NCBI RefSeq assembly: GCF_004010195.1
Contig: NC_057718.1
Location: forward strand, 62,445,928 to 62,509,927
DNA from: Chiloscyllium plagiosum
Taxonomy: Eukaryota
Direction: 5' to 3'
Length of the DNA stretch: 64,000 nucleotides
Below, piece by piece: positions 1-13,689 of the stretch (the first letter of the stretch is position 1; each line of letters starts with the position of its first letter). The notes beneath the pieces were generated by a model that saw only the letters and a program-made list of their open reading frames with translations, did no database searches and was not told the DNA's origin. The position numbers and the translations under genes were made by a program.

Positions 1-205
1 TTGCATTTCCAAAGCCCCTCCCCCAAGTCCCTCCTCCCTACCTTTTATCTTAGCCTGCTGGACACACGTTCCTCATTCATGAAGAAGGGCTTAGGCCCGA
101 AACGTCGATTCTCCTGTTCCTTGGATGCTGCCTGACCTGCTGCGCTTTTCCAGCAACACATTTCCAGCTCTGATCTCCAGCATCTGCAGCCCTCACTTTC
201 TCCTC
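1..205 (+). mobile_element. Penelope-like element terminal repeat (family A) with a mutated hammerhead motif
   Basis: Same sequence as the termini of the GIY-YIG elements at 41590-43180 and 48905-50016; motif aTGAAGA-a-GGGC..GCCC-GAAA-CGTC at 79-106. Confidence 0.75.
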
Positions 206-2020
206 AATTTCTTTAGTTCATCCAGCATTCCATATACCTACCAACCTTTCCTTTCACCCTAACAGGAATATACTTTCTCTGGGCTCTCGTTATCTCATTT
301 CTGAAGGCTTTCCATTTTCCAGCCGTCCCTTAACCTGCGAACATCTGCCCCCAAACAGCTTTTGAAAGTTTTTGTCGTCAAAATTGGCCTTTCTCCAATT
401 TAGAACTTCAACTTTTAAATCAGGTCTGTCCTCTTCCATCACTATTTTAAATCTAATAGAATTATGGTTGCTGGCCCCAAAGTGCTCCCCCACTGACACC
501 TCAGTTGCCTGCCCTGCCTTATTTCCCAAGAGTCGGTCAAGTTTTGCACCTTCTCTTGTAGGTACATCCACGTACTGAATCAGAAAATGTTCTTGTACAC
601 ACTTAACAAATTCCTCTCCATCTAAACCCTGTACACTATGGCAGTCCCAATCTATGTTCGGAAAGTTAAAATCCCCTATCTTAACCACCCTATTATTTTT
701 ACAGATAGCTGAGATCTCCTTACAAGTTTGTTTCTCAATTTCCCTCTGACTATTAGGAGGTCTTTAATACCATCCCTATAAGGTGATCCCAATAACAGAG
801 AACCTATTTCTCAGTTCCACCAAAATAACTTCTCTGGATGTAGTTCCGGGAAGGTCCTCCCTCAGCACAGCTGTGATGCTATCCCTTATCAAAAACGCCA
901 CTCCCCCTCCTCTCTTGCCTCCCTTTCTATCCTTCCTGTAGCATTTGTATCCTGGAACACTAAGGTGCCAGTCCCACCCATCCTTGAGCCATATTTCTGT
1001 AATTGCTATGATATCCCAGTCCCATGTTCCTAAACATGCCCTGAGTTCATCTGCTTTCCCTGTTAGGCCCCTTGCATTGAAATAAATGCAGTTTAATTTA
1101 TTACACCTACCTTGTCCCTGACTATTTGACTTGTTTCTGTTCTCAACTGTACTAGTCTCAGATTGATCTCTTTCCTCACTACCTCCCTGGGTACACCCCC
1201 CCACCCCTCCCCAGCTTACTAGTTTAAATCCTCCTGAGCGACTCTAGCAAATCTCCCTGCCAGTATATTAGTCCCCTTCCAATTTAGGTGCAAACCGTCC
1301 TTCTTGTACAGGTCACTTCTACCCTAAAAGAGATTCCAATGGTCCAAAAATGTGAATCCTTCTCCCATACACCAGCTCCTCAGCCATGCATGCATCTGCT
1401 CTAGCCTCCTATTCCTGCCCTCAGTAGCTCGTAGCACCAGGAGTAATCCAGATATTACTACTCTCGAGGACCTCCTTTTTAAATTCCTGCCTAACTCTAT
1501 GTAATCTCCCTTCAGAATCTCAACCTTTTCCCTTCCTATGTCGTTGGTTCCAATGTGGACAATGACCCCTTGCTGGCACCTTTCCCCCTTGAGAACATTC
1601 TGCACCCTCTCTGAGACATCCTTGATCCTGGCACCAGGGAAGCAACACATCATTCTGATTTTTCGCTGCTGGCCACAGAAACGTCTGTCTGTACCTCAGA
1701 CTAGAGAGTCCGCTAACACAACTGATCTCTTGGAACCCAACGTACCCTTCATTTCATTACAGCCAGTCTCAATACCAGAAACTTGGCTGGTCATGCTACA
1801 TTCCCCTGAGAATCCATCACCCCCTACATTTTCCAAAACAGCATACTTATTTGAAATGGGTATAGCCACAGAAGGCTCCTGCCCTAGCTGCCTATTCTCT
1901 TACCTTTCCTTGAGTTAACCCATTTATGTGACTGTATCTGAGACTTCCCCCCCTTCCTATAACTGCCATCCATCACATACTGTTGCTGTTGCAAATTCCT
2001 CATTGCTTCTAACTGTCTCT
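206..2020 (-). mobile_element. CR1 LINE fragment: ORF1 SGNH esterase and ORF2 APE endonuclease, degraded
   Basis: ORFs 1324-1653 (FPGARIKDV..VIVHIGTND), 776-1204 (CIYFNARGL..IIAITEIWL..RGGGVA) and 290-688 (GDFNFPNIDW..SNHNSIRF). Confidence 0.9.
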
Positions 2021-5000
2021 CCCTCAAGAGATCTTGTGGTGCAGTGGTATTATCCCAACCTCTGGGCAAAAGATATAGGTTCCAGTCCCACTTATCCAAG
2101 AAGTGTTTTGTCGCATACCAAACAGGAAAAAAAAAACTTTATTTGTAATAAATTTTTGATAATTTCTTATTGAAACAATTAATATTAACATTTTCTTGCC
2201 CAAATTTTTCTTTTATGAAGCTTTTTATGTTGGATATAATTTCTTGGGTTCCAGCAACCCTCTGGCATCTTATCCACATATGCCACATATCTTTAATTTA
2301 TTTGGATTTCATAATAATGGTTACACCTCAGAGATTCAAAAAGACCAAAGTGACTGCCTCTATGGTTTCACCAAAAAAAAGGTTTGTCACCGGTGCACAT
2401 ACCTAATTCACTTGTCCAGGTGCTTTCCTTTTCTTCATCACTCTGACTCCATTTTAGTTTATTTTAAAAGAGTTGCTGTGCATGGTTCTGCATCATATTT
2501 TTAAATCAATCTTCCTGTATTTTCTTGAATATGCAGCTGAAATATGATACATGCTGTTACAAGAAAGTACCCAATCAATTTCAATTGTTTATCCCTAATG
2601 TGATTATAATGGCTTTACACAATTCTAATTATACGTTTGTATATTTGAGATGTTTGATATTAAGTTGCTCAGTTAGTTTGGATGTTTTTTGCCAGTGAAG
2701 TTAAAAAAGTGAATGACAATTTCTTGCCTTATTGGTTTTGACAGCTTGTATCTTTCATTAGTATATCTCAGAATGAATTGATAAACTGTACCATTAATTA
2801 GCTGCCAATGTTTACAAACATATGAAACAGACGGACAAGGAAAGACCATGTGGCATGTCCCATCTAGACAAGGGGTATAGCATGTGTGCATCAGCAACCA
2901 ACCCACCATCTTCTTGGAGAGATATATGAACTATTTTTAAATATTTCTCTCTGATCTCTTAAAGCAATCAAGCAAGTTCCAAATGACTATCTTAATGTAA
3001 TGCAAATAGTTATGAGACCCAACTACTTTCCATCATGCGAGATTTCTTCTACTCATAGAAAGTCATCTTGTTTCATTTTTTAAACCCATAACAAATCTAT
3101 CTACAATCACCACAGTCCATGGCAAACTGTGCCAGGAGTCAGTGTTTAAAAGTATTGTCAAGTGTAGATCTTGCCTCCACTGTTTTTTCTTTAGTATTGT
3201 GCCCCTTAGGTCTTCTTTCTCAATCAAGCTCAAATATCCTAACCACCCACAGTACAGCCTTTTCATAATTTTGGAGACCTCTATCATGTCACTATAAGAC
3301 TACATTCCTTCAGCTAAACATGTTGATGCCCTAAGAGTTAAATGTCAAACTGGTGACCTTACTCTGGATGTTTGCTCAACATAGATATCTCCCAGCATGA
3401 ATAGGACAAAATTGAGTACAATATTCAGATTGTGTTACAATGGGAGAAGTATTGTATCTCTGGTTATGCAGTTCAATGTTTTTGTTATACATTGTTATAC
3501 CCCATTATAGCTTCATAACAATGTCCACAGACCTTCAGACTTTTATAAACAATGAGCCTTGCCTGATCCACAGCCATTAGAAAGTAAACTGGCTTAGGTT
3601 ATGCATATGTGCATGTGCTTGAAACTATCATAATCCAAATGCATCACTTTGGAACCTGTAATTGTATAGTGTCTTTAACATCGGAGGAATGTCCAAAACA
3701 CTTCAGTGGAGTAAAAGGCAGAAGTGAATGTTGAGCTAAAGATTGAAATATTAGGAGGGTTAGCAAAACTTTAGATAGTTCTTGAAGGTATCAGGAGGAT
3801 AATGAAGTACAAATGTGGAGAGATTTAGGAAGAAATTCCATTGAGGGAGGCCTGGACATCAAAAGGCACAGCTATCATTGGAGCAGCAAAGGGAATGAAG
3901 AATGCATGAGACATTAAGGATTTGGGAGCCAATGCATGTCACAGAATATGGGGATAATGGTGCAAAGATCTTGATGAGGATTAAGGTATAGGCTGCAACT
4001 TTTGATGAGCTGAGTTTTATGGAGGATGGTAGCCTGGCCAGACAGCATTTGAATTCCAAGTCTGAAGGTCACAAAGGCATGGATGACAATTTCAGATGCA
4101 GATAGATAGAAGCAAAGGTGAGTTAGGTGACTAAATGGAGGTAGTAATAGGTTTACATAAGCACCAATTCATCTTTTACTGGTGGATTGGGAACTAATAT
4201 ATATTAACAAGCACAGAGATAAGGGATGAACAAAGTATGAAATTGGATACAAGCAGCAGAGTTTTGCTCCAGTGTGGTAGAAGAAAAGCTGGAGGATAAG
4301 TCCTGAATTTCAAATGTGGAAGCTTTATTAGGATGATTGAGGATTTCACTAGGAGATGAGCTACAAAAATGGCACCCCTGAGGCTAAATTACTGAGTGGA
4401 TTCAGACAATCGAGTGATTATTTGGTCAGAGGCTGGGCTCCGTAAGACTGCAAAATTAATAGACTGGTTCAGCCTCAGTTGTTAGGGAGAGGGTAGAATC
4501 AAAGACAAAGAAACAGAGTTTGCGATAGGGACTGAAGATAATTATATGATTTTTGTAATATTTAATTGGAAGACATTTCTGCTTGCCCTATACTAGGTAT
4601 CAGACAAGCAGTATGACAATTTAGAGAAATTTAAAGGATTAGGAGCAGGTGATGTTGAGGTAGAGAGTTAAGTGTTTTCAGCAGCTTTTTTTAATCTTGT
4701 CCAGCGATGGCATGTGGACAATAAAAGATAAGGCCAGAGATAGATCCTTGTGTCAATGTAATGAGAATGAAAAATAGAAGCCTGTGCAGGTGATTTTCTG
4801 GCTGCAAGTGGTTCGGTAAGAATGGAATCAGTTAAGGCCTGTCCCAGCCAGCAGATGACAGAGGAGAGAAGCTGAAGGAGGATGATGTGGTCAACAATGA
4901 TGCAGTTGAGCCTTGAAAAATGAGGGTTAACTCACTAAGTTAATGATCACAGCATATGTCTTCTGTGACACTGTAAGAACTGTTCCAGTGCCCTGTCAAG

Positions 5001-5559
5001 GTTGGAAATCTGATTGGTGGAATTTTTGGAAAAATCAGGGAGTTTTAGGAGATGATAAAACATTCAAATGTGTTGAATAGGGAAGCTAGTTTGGAACTGG
5101 GTTGTATTTGGAAGAACAGAGAGGTCAAGGATGGGAATTTTGAGGAGAGGAATGATGATAGTAAATCTGAAGAGGTGAGGAAATAATGTCAGATTTAATT
5201 TCTGTGCTGCAATTGCTGGAGTGCAGCCTCTGGCTCAAAGTCAAATCTGCTATCAACTAAGGCACAAATGATAACTTATCAAGATAGTAAATAAAATATA
5301 GCCAACTTTACTTGAAAGTTTTATTCCCCTCACTCCCCAGTATTATGCTGTTTGTGTTTTTCTATGCAATTACAAATCTTAGTTACAAGATTATCTTGAT
5401 GTCTTTTACTTAATTGTCTATTATAAAAAGTTTTAAAATTCTTCAGAGATAGAACAATAATGTTTTCATCAAACAATAAATTCCATCTTCCAAACAATAA
5501 ATATTTTCATGGATTTTAAAAAATATTTTTAATTCTTGAGATATTTTAGATATTTCTGA

Positions 5560-5910
5560 TCAACCTGTTCAAAGAGTTTGGTTTTGGACTCGGCTCAATT
5601 CTTTGGTGGCTTGCATGATGTGCTTGAGTATCTGTCCTTTTAACTCCTAAGAGATAATGATTATTTCCCTTGTACAATATGCTGTCTTGGGCAGCCAATT
5701 CATGTTTCTACCCAAGATGATGTTGTGGCATCAAACATGTCCTTCATGCTTTTCAGCCATACTTTCATTTTTTTTTATCAATACTTGTAGAATTGTAGCT
5801 TGTTGGGTACTTCAATTGATTTAAGTGAGGCATTTGTTTGTCAGATTCAATGTTTCCAATGAGTTGATGATTTCCAGACCATATTGAGCTGCTGCTTCGC
5901 AATGGATCTG
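5560..5910 (-). mobile_element. Old Gypsy LTR retrotransposon remnant (region preceding integrase)
   Basis: Hand translation of the minus strand gives ELAAQDSILYKG...QILKHI..SHQ-like segments typical of Gypsy pol; many stops. Confidence 0.45.
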
Positions 5911-6104
5911 AAGATTTTATTTTATCTAGCAGGTTATAAATTTGCTCCTGAGCTGGTAGATGAAGAAGGGCTCATGCCCGAAACGTCGATTGTCCTGCTC
6001 CTTGGATGCTGCCTGACCTGCTGTGATTTTCCAGCACACATTTTCAGCTCTGATCTCCAGCATCTGCAATCCTCACTTTCTCCTTTGTTTAGCATGTCCC
6101 AGGA

Positions 6105-7335
6105 TGGATACATTATCCCAGTTGAACTGGTGTTCCTCTTGATTTGTGTGTATGGATACCAGTGATAATTATTCATGTCTTTTGGTGGCTAGTTGGTGCT
6201 CATGTATCCTGGTGCTAGTTTCCTGCCCATTTGTCCAATGTAATGTTTGTTGCAGTCCTTGCAGAGTATCTTGTATATAACATTCATTCTGCTGGTTGAT
6301 GGTACGGATTCCTTTTAATTTATCAGGAGCTATTTCAGTGTGGTGGTAGGTTTGTGGGCTACCAAGATGCCGAGGGACCAGAGTAGCTGGTCGTCATCTC
6401 CAAGATATCTTTGATGTACGGCAGGGTGGCTAGTCTCAGGGCGTGTTGTGTCTTCTTGTTTAGGTCTGTTGTGCAGGAATCTGCGGACTGCGCTTATCCC
6501 GTCATTCCTGAATACGTTATATAGGTGTTTGTACTCGGCTTCTCCTAGTCCCTGGGTGCTGCAGTGTGTTGTGGCTCATTTAAATAATATCCTGATGCAG
6601 CTCTGTTTGTGGGTGTTGGGATGATTGCTCCTGTAGTTGAGATGTAGTCAGTGTGTGTGGCTTTCCTGTAGATGCTGGTCTGTAACTCTCCATTGGTTTT
6701 TCGTTCTATTGTGATGGAAGAGGTGTCTGTTATTGTTGTCTTCCTTTTTGGTGAACTTTATACCTGTAAGGATGTTGTTTATATATTTGTGGGTTTATTC
6801 TAATTTGTTGCGTTTCATGACGATAAAGGTATCATCCACATAGCGGATGCAAAGCTTGGGCTGGATCATGGGAAGGGCTGTTCATTCTAACCTCTGCATA
6901 ACTGCTCCTACTATAAGCCCTGATATTGATGATCCCATTGAGTTGTTTGTAGACCTCGTCATTGAAGGGGAAGTGAATTGGAAGGCACAGGTCCGCTAGT
7001 TTGAGGATGCTGTCCTTGCTGATGGAGTTGTTGCTGTCAGGTGTTTGTGTCCTTGATTCGTCTAGCAGGGAGGCCAGTATTTCTTTGGCGAGGGTGATGT
7101 TTATTATTGTGAATAGCGCCATCACATTGAAGGTGACCATGACCTCGTCGTCCTCTATCTTGGTGTCTTTGATGATGTTAATGAATTCCTGGATGGGAGT
7201 GGATGGAGTGGATTGAGTCTTCTACTAGGTGTTTCCGTTTGCGTTGCAGTTCCTTTGCTAGTCTGTATGTCAGTGAACCAGGAAGTGAGACTATGGGTCT
7301 GAGGGGGGCCCACTCCATCTACTCCAGTTTGAAGT
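6105..7335 (-). mobile_element. Penelope-like element RT/GIY-YIG remnant
   Basis: ORF 6832-7140 (MVTFNVMALFT..ILKLADLCL.IHF.FN..VYKQ) parallels the Penelope RT at 12247-12545. Confidence 0.75.
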
Positions 7336-7439
7336 GGTCTGTAGTCCAACTCAACTCTAACTTTGTCTCTTCCAAGTAGGTATTGATGAAAATGTTCATT
7401 AAAAAAAAAGGCCTGATACATTTTCTTAACATGAGCTTA

Positions 7440-7950
7440 CCATTATGTTTGTTAGCATACTAGATGGAAATATAACTGGTTGTTCTTGTATTAGGATTGC
7501 TCCAAGTCCTGCCTACTGACATTATACTACAAGGTAACTTTATAGTTCAGCATTGGCGTTTCAGTCACTAGTTACTTGATTTTAATGAGTGCTGCTTGTT
7601 ATTCCATGTCTCAATACCAATGCATGGTTGGAAGTTGCAATTATAGTCACAATTCAAAGATGAATTTGCCAAGAATTATATTAAGTAGTTGATTAATCCA
7701 ATAAATTATCATACGTTTTTACATTTATTGATTGAACATTGATCCTTTCCAGGATCAGGTGAAGATCTTTTGCTGTCAGGTTTTGGAAATATTTAATTGC
7801 AATTTTTCTCACTTAGTTTCAGATACATCTGGCAAACTCTGCCTTGCAGTCGCATTGGTTTGTGGACAGCAATAATTTCTTGCTTTCTTTTGGAAATTGA
7901 GACCCCTTTGGAATTTTTTAAAATAATATTTCCTGTTTAACATGAAATCT
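7440..7950 (-). mobile_element. Old Gypsy RT/RNase H remnant
   Basis: Minus-strand fragments RVCQMYLKLSEK and VTL..GAILIQEQPVIFPSSMLT resemble the Gypsy RT end and RNase H start. Confidence 0.45.
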
Positions 7951-10229
7951 CATGTAACTGCTGTTAAAATTTCTAATGAGCAAGGACAAAACAACAGTGT
8001 CAACAAATATCACCAAGGCCACTATATTTGATATCCTGGCATCAAATAATTATCTGGCACCATATGTACATTATTATTAATGCAGTGTTTAAGAAATTAT
8101 TTGCCAATGAAAATTAACCTTCACATGAAGGCAGGCAAGGGACTGTCCATTATTCTTATGTTGTGTAAAGTTGCCCTGAGATCATGGAAAAAGAGTTTTC
8201 AAATGAGTGACACAACATAGAAAGTCAGCCCCAAAAATGTGATATATCAACAAGTGCTAAGAGTTCAAGAGCAATCCTTGAAGGGGACAGTTCTCATCAG
8301 AAAGCTGTCTCCTTTTAATAGAAGATGGACCTGAAGAGAAAAAGAACTCACCTATGGAATTCCTCAAACATTTCAGCTAAAGAGCAGGATGATGCCTTAA
8401 CAACATTAATGAGATCAACACACTCTGTGTAACAAAAATTAGAAATTGCTGGAAAAAAACTCAGCAGGTCTGGCAGCACCTGTGGAGAGAAAGCAGAGTT
8501 ATTATTTCAGGTTCAGTGACCCTCTTCAGAAATGTTAATTCACTCTGTGTAAACTATTTGTTCATCCTCTCGCATCAGTTAATCACCCATTTGTCTAATT
8601 TCTAGATGAACTGTGAGAAAGAGAGAGAGAGAAAGAGATAATGTTTCAAGTTGAGATGACTCTTCAGAGCTGACAACAAGTGGGAGGGGAAGTATTTATG
8701 CAATAGTTGTGATGGTGGAGTGCTGTGGGAGAAAGGGTGCTAATACTATAGATTAAGTGTTTGGAATGTGAGAATACCAAACTGGAAAGAACAGATGTTC
8801 CCACAGGAGTGTAAATAAAGTCTGGTTGAAGTAAAAGATGCCTTTGTTTTAATAGAGTCAAACTCAAACCTTTGTTTGTTTTGTTGATATGTTACCGTAC
8901 AAAACTGAATTGTGTTTGCGACTTTGTGTATATATAAGTATATGAATAAAGCATATTTGGAAATTTAATAAAGTATTAGATCACTGTCTGAGGCCCTTCT
9001 GCCAAAGTTAAACGGGGGTCTGCTCAGTTATCAGACCATCCCGGTGCCTCAAATGTACGAAGATATAGTCTTGCACAAGTAAGAGATAACTTTGATTTTT
9101 TTGGTTGATAGACAAACTCCAACGTTTGTTTGTTTCCTTGACATGCTACTGTACAGAACCAAATTGTGTTTGTGACTGTATATAAAAGATATTTTTTATG
9201 AAATAAGAAAACCTGATGAGCTATTTGAAACAATCAGGTTTCTCTTCCATCTGAAGAAGTGAACATTTAGTGAGACAACTGCAAATCAAAATAGGGAAAT
9301 AGACCTGAAAGCCGATGTATGGGAAAACATTTTCACTTGAGAATAGTTTCATTAAAGCATCAACGCTACAATATTTCCTTGAGTTAGAATTGTGTAAGAA
9401 ATCAATGGCTCTCATCATTAGGCATAAATTTTTCAGCCAAGCTAATTCAACGTAATCTTCGACACTGACACAGAGAAGTTCACTGTGGAAGCAAATGAAA
9501 TAGATTTTTCTGTTTCGGGTGAAGATTTGGATGTTTTCATTGAGTGTTTTTATTCTAGATTTACGTTAGTTTTATTCAGAGAATAGGTATTAGAGACATA
9601 AGATTTATTTTTCTGAAAAATACTCTGTTCAAAAATTTAAAACTTGAAATATAAGATTATTCAAATAGAGCTTATTGATTCAAGCAAAGTAAAACATTGT
9701 GCGCATTTCCAGAAAAAAACTAATGTGATAGCAGATGCATTATTTAGAATGTGAAAATGATAGAATGAGAATTTAGGGGAAACATGACAAGAACTTGTTG
9801 AAATACTGTACAGATGAACAGTGTATGTATGTGTGTTTTGTGCTTTGCTGTCTGTTTCATGCATTTCAGTAGAAGATATATTTGAAAGTAACATTTCTCT
9901 TAAAGGTGGAATACATAAGACAATATATGTTATGTTTGGACTATGAACCGAAAATGTGAAAAATGGCCACTACTTTTAAAAAGGGGAGAATAAACAAGGA
10001 GATTTTGCAGTTTGGAAAAACAAACACAGAATCAGAACAAACACCTGAGTGGTCAAGTGGCAACTTAACACAGAATCTGAGGGGGAAATGAAACAGAGAG
10101 GAGCAATAAACCTCCAAAAGTTGGCTGCTTCAATCTTTCTCTCTCCCCTTTGTGTGTAAAGTTGCTATCTCCAATTTTCTATTAAAAGACCAGAAAAATT
10201 ACATTTGGAGACACTGAAATTAGTAATGC

Positions 10230-11520
10230 CAAAAAAAATCATACAGTACAGATGAGGCCCTTCAGCCCATCAAGTGTGTATCATCAAAGATATATTACTA
10301 CCTACAATAGGGCCAGTTTCCCACACTAGGCACTTCAAGTGCTCATCCAAAAACCTTTAATTGGTTGACATTTCCCGCCTCAACTATGCTCCCAGGCAGT
10401 GCAATCCAGATGGCCATCACCTGCTGGGTGAAAATATTTTTCCTAAAATCTTTTCCTGTCTTTCTCTTTAAAAATTATGTCCTCTTGTTACTTCATCTCA
10501 GGAGGACAGCTGCTTTGAGTCACCCTGTTCAACTCTCCAGTCTTACAAACTTTTATCAGGACCCCCCTCAACCTTCTCTGCTCCAAAGAAAACAACTTGA
10601 GCTTAGCCAGCCTCCCTTCATAGTTAAAATGGTCCATCCCAGGTAACATCCTGATAAATCTCTGCACCTCCTCCACTGCAATCACATCCTTCCTTTAGTG
10701 TGGTGACCAGAACTACATCTGGTCTAACCAAATTTCTAAACAGTTCCAACATGACCTCCCTACTCTTATGATCTATGCCACAACTGACAGAGGCAAATGT
10801 CCTGTCTGCCTTCTTAACTACCTATTATCTTGTCCTGCCCCCTTAGGGATCTGTGGACAAGCACCCCAAAATCCCTCTGTTTCTCTAAGCTTCTTAGTAT
10901 CTTGCCATACATTGAGTACTCCCTCGTTTTGTCCCTTTTTCCAAAATGCACCATCTCACATTCATCAGGGTTAAATTCTATCTGCCAGTCGTCCATCTGA
11001 ACAATTCATTTATATCTACCTGTAACTTAATCCATCTTCCTTCTCCCTGTCAATCACCCATTCAATCTTTTTGTCATCCATAATTATCAGCCCCCCCCCC
11101 AATATTTTTGTTGATATAATTTATGAATATCGTAAAAAATAAGGATCCAGCACTGATCCTTGTAATATGCCATTGCACACTGGTCTCCAGTGAAACAAAT
11201 AACCTGTCACTAACCACATTTTAGATCCAACTTGGCAAGTTACCCTGGATACCATAAGCGTTTACCTTTTTTATCAGATTCTCAAAGTCCTTGGTAAAAT
11301 CCGTATAAACTATATCAAATGTTTACCCTCATCCAGACACTTGGTCACCTCCTCAAAAAATTCCATTAGATTTGTTAGGCATGACTTAAGCTATGCTGAC
11401 CATCCCTGATTAAATCGTGCCTCTCCAAAGGAAGATTAATTTTCTCCTTTACTATTTTCTCCAGTAGTTTCCCACCAGTGATGTTAGACACACTGGTCTG
11501 TAGTTCCCTGGTCTATCTTA
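10230..11520 (-). mobile_element. CR1 LINE 3' fragment (RT C-terminus and 3' UTR)
   Basis: ORFs 10488-10685 (VQRFIRMLPGM..YEGRL..LFSLEQRRLRG) and 10814-10996 (WQIEFNPDECEMVHFG). Confidence 0.85.
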
Positions 11521-11553
11521 ACCACTCTCAGCTTTTTAAGTTGCTTCACTCAT

Positions 11554-12803
11554 TGTTGTGGTTCTGTTCGCCGAGCTGGAAGTTTTTGTTGCAAACATTT
11601 CGTCCCCTGGCTAGGCGACATCATCAGTGCTTGGGAGCCTCCTGCGAAGCGCTTCTTTGATGTTTCCTCCGGTGTTTATAGTGGTCTGTCCCTGCCGCTT
11701 CCGGTTGTCAGTTTCAGCTGTCCGCTGTAGTGGTTGGTATATTGGGTCCAGGTCGATGTGTTTGTTGATGGAGTTTGTGGATGAATGCCATGCCTCTAGG
11801 AATTCCCTGGCTGTTCTCTGTCTGGCTTGCCCTATGATAGTAGTGTTGTCCCAGTCAAATTCACACACACGCAGACAACAAGCAACATGAATTCGACTGG
11901 GACAACACTACTATCATAGGGCAAGCCAGACAGAGAACAGCCAGGGAATTCCTAGAGGCATAGCATTCATCCACAAACTCCATNNNNNNNNNNNNNNNNN
12001 NNNNNNNNNNNNNNNNNNNNNNNNNNNNNNNNNNNNNNNNNNNNNNNNNNNNNNNNNNNNNNNNNNNNNNNNNNNNNNNNNNNNNNNNNNNNNNNNNNNN
12101 NNNNNNNNNNNNNNNNNNNNNNNNNNNNNNNNNNNNNNNNNNNNNNNNNNNNNNNNNNNNNNNNNNNNNNNNNNNNNNNNNNNNNNNNNNNNNNNNNNNN
12201 NNNNNNNNNNNNNNNNNNNNNNNNNNNNNNNNNNNNNNNNNNNNNNTTGTCAATCGAAGTGAACAGTGCTGTCACGTCGAATGATATCATGGTTTCTTCT
12301 TTGTCTATGTTCTGACCCAGAGTTTGGGTTGAATTTGTGGTAAGACTGTTTGTTCTAACCTTTGCATTACCACATCTGCTATGAGTCCCGAGATCGCTGA
12401 GCCCATGGTGTTCCGTTGATTTGTTCGTATATCTGGTTGTTGAATGTGAAGTGTGTTGTGAGGCACAAGTCCAGTAGTTTAAGTATGCCGTCTTTGTTGA
12501 TAGGTTCAGCATCCTGTTTTCTGTTCTGTATGTCCAGTAGGTTGGCAAACTCCATCAACAAACACATCGACCTGGACCCAATATACCAACCACTACAGCG
12601 GACAGCTTAAACTGACAACCGGAAGTGGCAGGGACAGACCACTATAAACACCGGAGGAAACATCAAAGAAGCGCTTCGCAGGAGGCTCCCAAGCACTGAT
12701 GATGTCGCCTAGCCAGGGGACGAAACGTTTGCAACAAAAACTTCCAGCTCGGCGAACAGAACCACAACAACGAGCACCCGAGCTACAAATCTTCACACAA
12801 ACT
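11554..12803. mobile_element. Penelope-like element (family C) with inverted terminal arms, internal hairpin and RT fragment
   Basis: 11554-11780 is the inverted repeat of 12545-12770. 13-bp flanking direct repeat TTGCTTCACTCAT (11541-11553, 12804-12816). RT fragment MISFDVTALFTSID; GIY-YIG C-terminal AREFLEAWHS. Spans an N-gap. Confidence 0.85.
12693..12732 (+). ncRNA. Minimal type-I hammerhead ribozyme motif (family C)
   Basis: GCA-CTGATGA-T-GTCGCCT-agcc-AGGGGAC-GAAA-CG-TT-TGC: stem I GCA/TGC, intact core, palindromic ACGT stem III, GUU triplet. Confidence 0.8.
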
Positions 12804-12816
12804 TTGCTTCACTCAT

Positions 12817-13630
12817 ATCACGCTGTTAGTATTTTGGAGTTGTCACTTTCTTGATTATTTCTTTTCGAGTTCTTCTATCTTGTCCTGAAGGCTGGTCTTG
12901 CGAACAGCTGGAACTTTCCTTGGTAGATGCTGAATTGGTTCCCCCTCTTTCATTTACTTTGAGATATCATTCTAAACCTGTAAACACATCTTGCATTTCT
13001 CTAGGATCTCTTCTGCAGTCAATACTTTAGTGTGCTGTGCCTTGCAGCAAATCATTTCTGGTATATCAAAGGTAAACAGTCTAAGTTTTACTCTGCTTCG
13101 TCTCAGAGGAGTGGCTTTTACTTGCCATCTATGACATGGAACACTTGATCTTTTTCTTGTCATTAAATTGGAGTCTGAATAGTTTATCCTCTCGACACAA
13201 ATATAGTGCTATTATATAGCCTCAACCTTACTTTAGAAAGATTCATTTTTTGGATTGTTGCGTTGAGCCATTTCATATAGGTCTATGAAGGTCATGATGT
13301 TGTGTGACATACAAGGATACTTCTTAAGTTTCATGTTGATTTGTTGTTCTCCTGCTGCAGTCATCATTCCAATAGTCATATATCATTCATTGTCTAACGA
13401 CCTGACTGAACCAACCTGTTGTATGACGTGGAGTGATTTATCAGGATCTTCTGTTGATCTCTCTCTCTAGGGGCTATCTGTAGCCACATATTATGCTTCT
13501 TTCTGGCCAAACAAGATGTTCAAAATGATTTGAACTTTTGCAGTGAGAATACTGCTTTATCTATGCTGAATTTTTTCCTTTGTGCAATGACCTCCACAGT
13601 ATTCTGCCTTTTGTCTACAATATTTTGCTA
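12817..13630 (-). mobile_element. Old Gypsy gag Zn-knuckle, protease and RT-start remnant
   Basis: Minus-strand fragments YCGGH..CKSSNHF, LTAEEILEK and PIQHLPRKVP..LQDKIEELEKK; degraded. Confidence 0.6.
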
Positions 13631-13689
13631 CTTCAGATTTGAATACATAATTCCAATTATATTTTAGAATGGGGTATGTTATACGGTAA

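Noticed and set aside
2403..2514. Minus-strand exon-like segment with AG/GT boundaries
   Set aside because: Stops in all three frames and no recognisable host protein; more likely decayed retroelement sequence.
5560..7950. Apparent minus-strand host pseudogene exons
   Set aside because: The peptides fit Gypsy and Penelope pol fragments better than any cellular gene.
8455..8670. Further very degraded hammerhead-like PLE termini (also ~24840-24925 and ~48000-48180)
   Set aside because: Core or stems too decayed to call as ribozymes.
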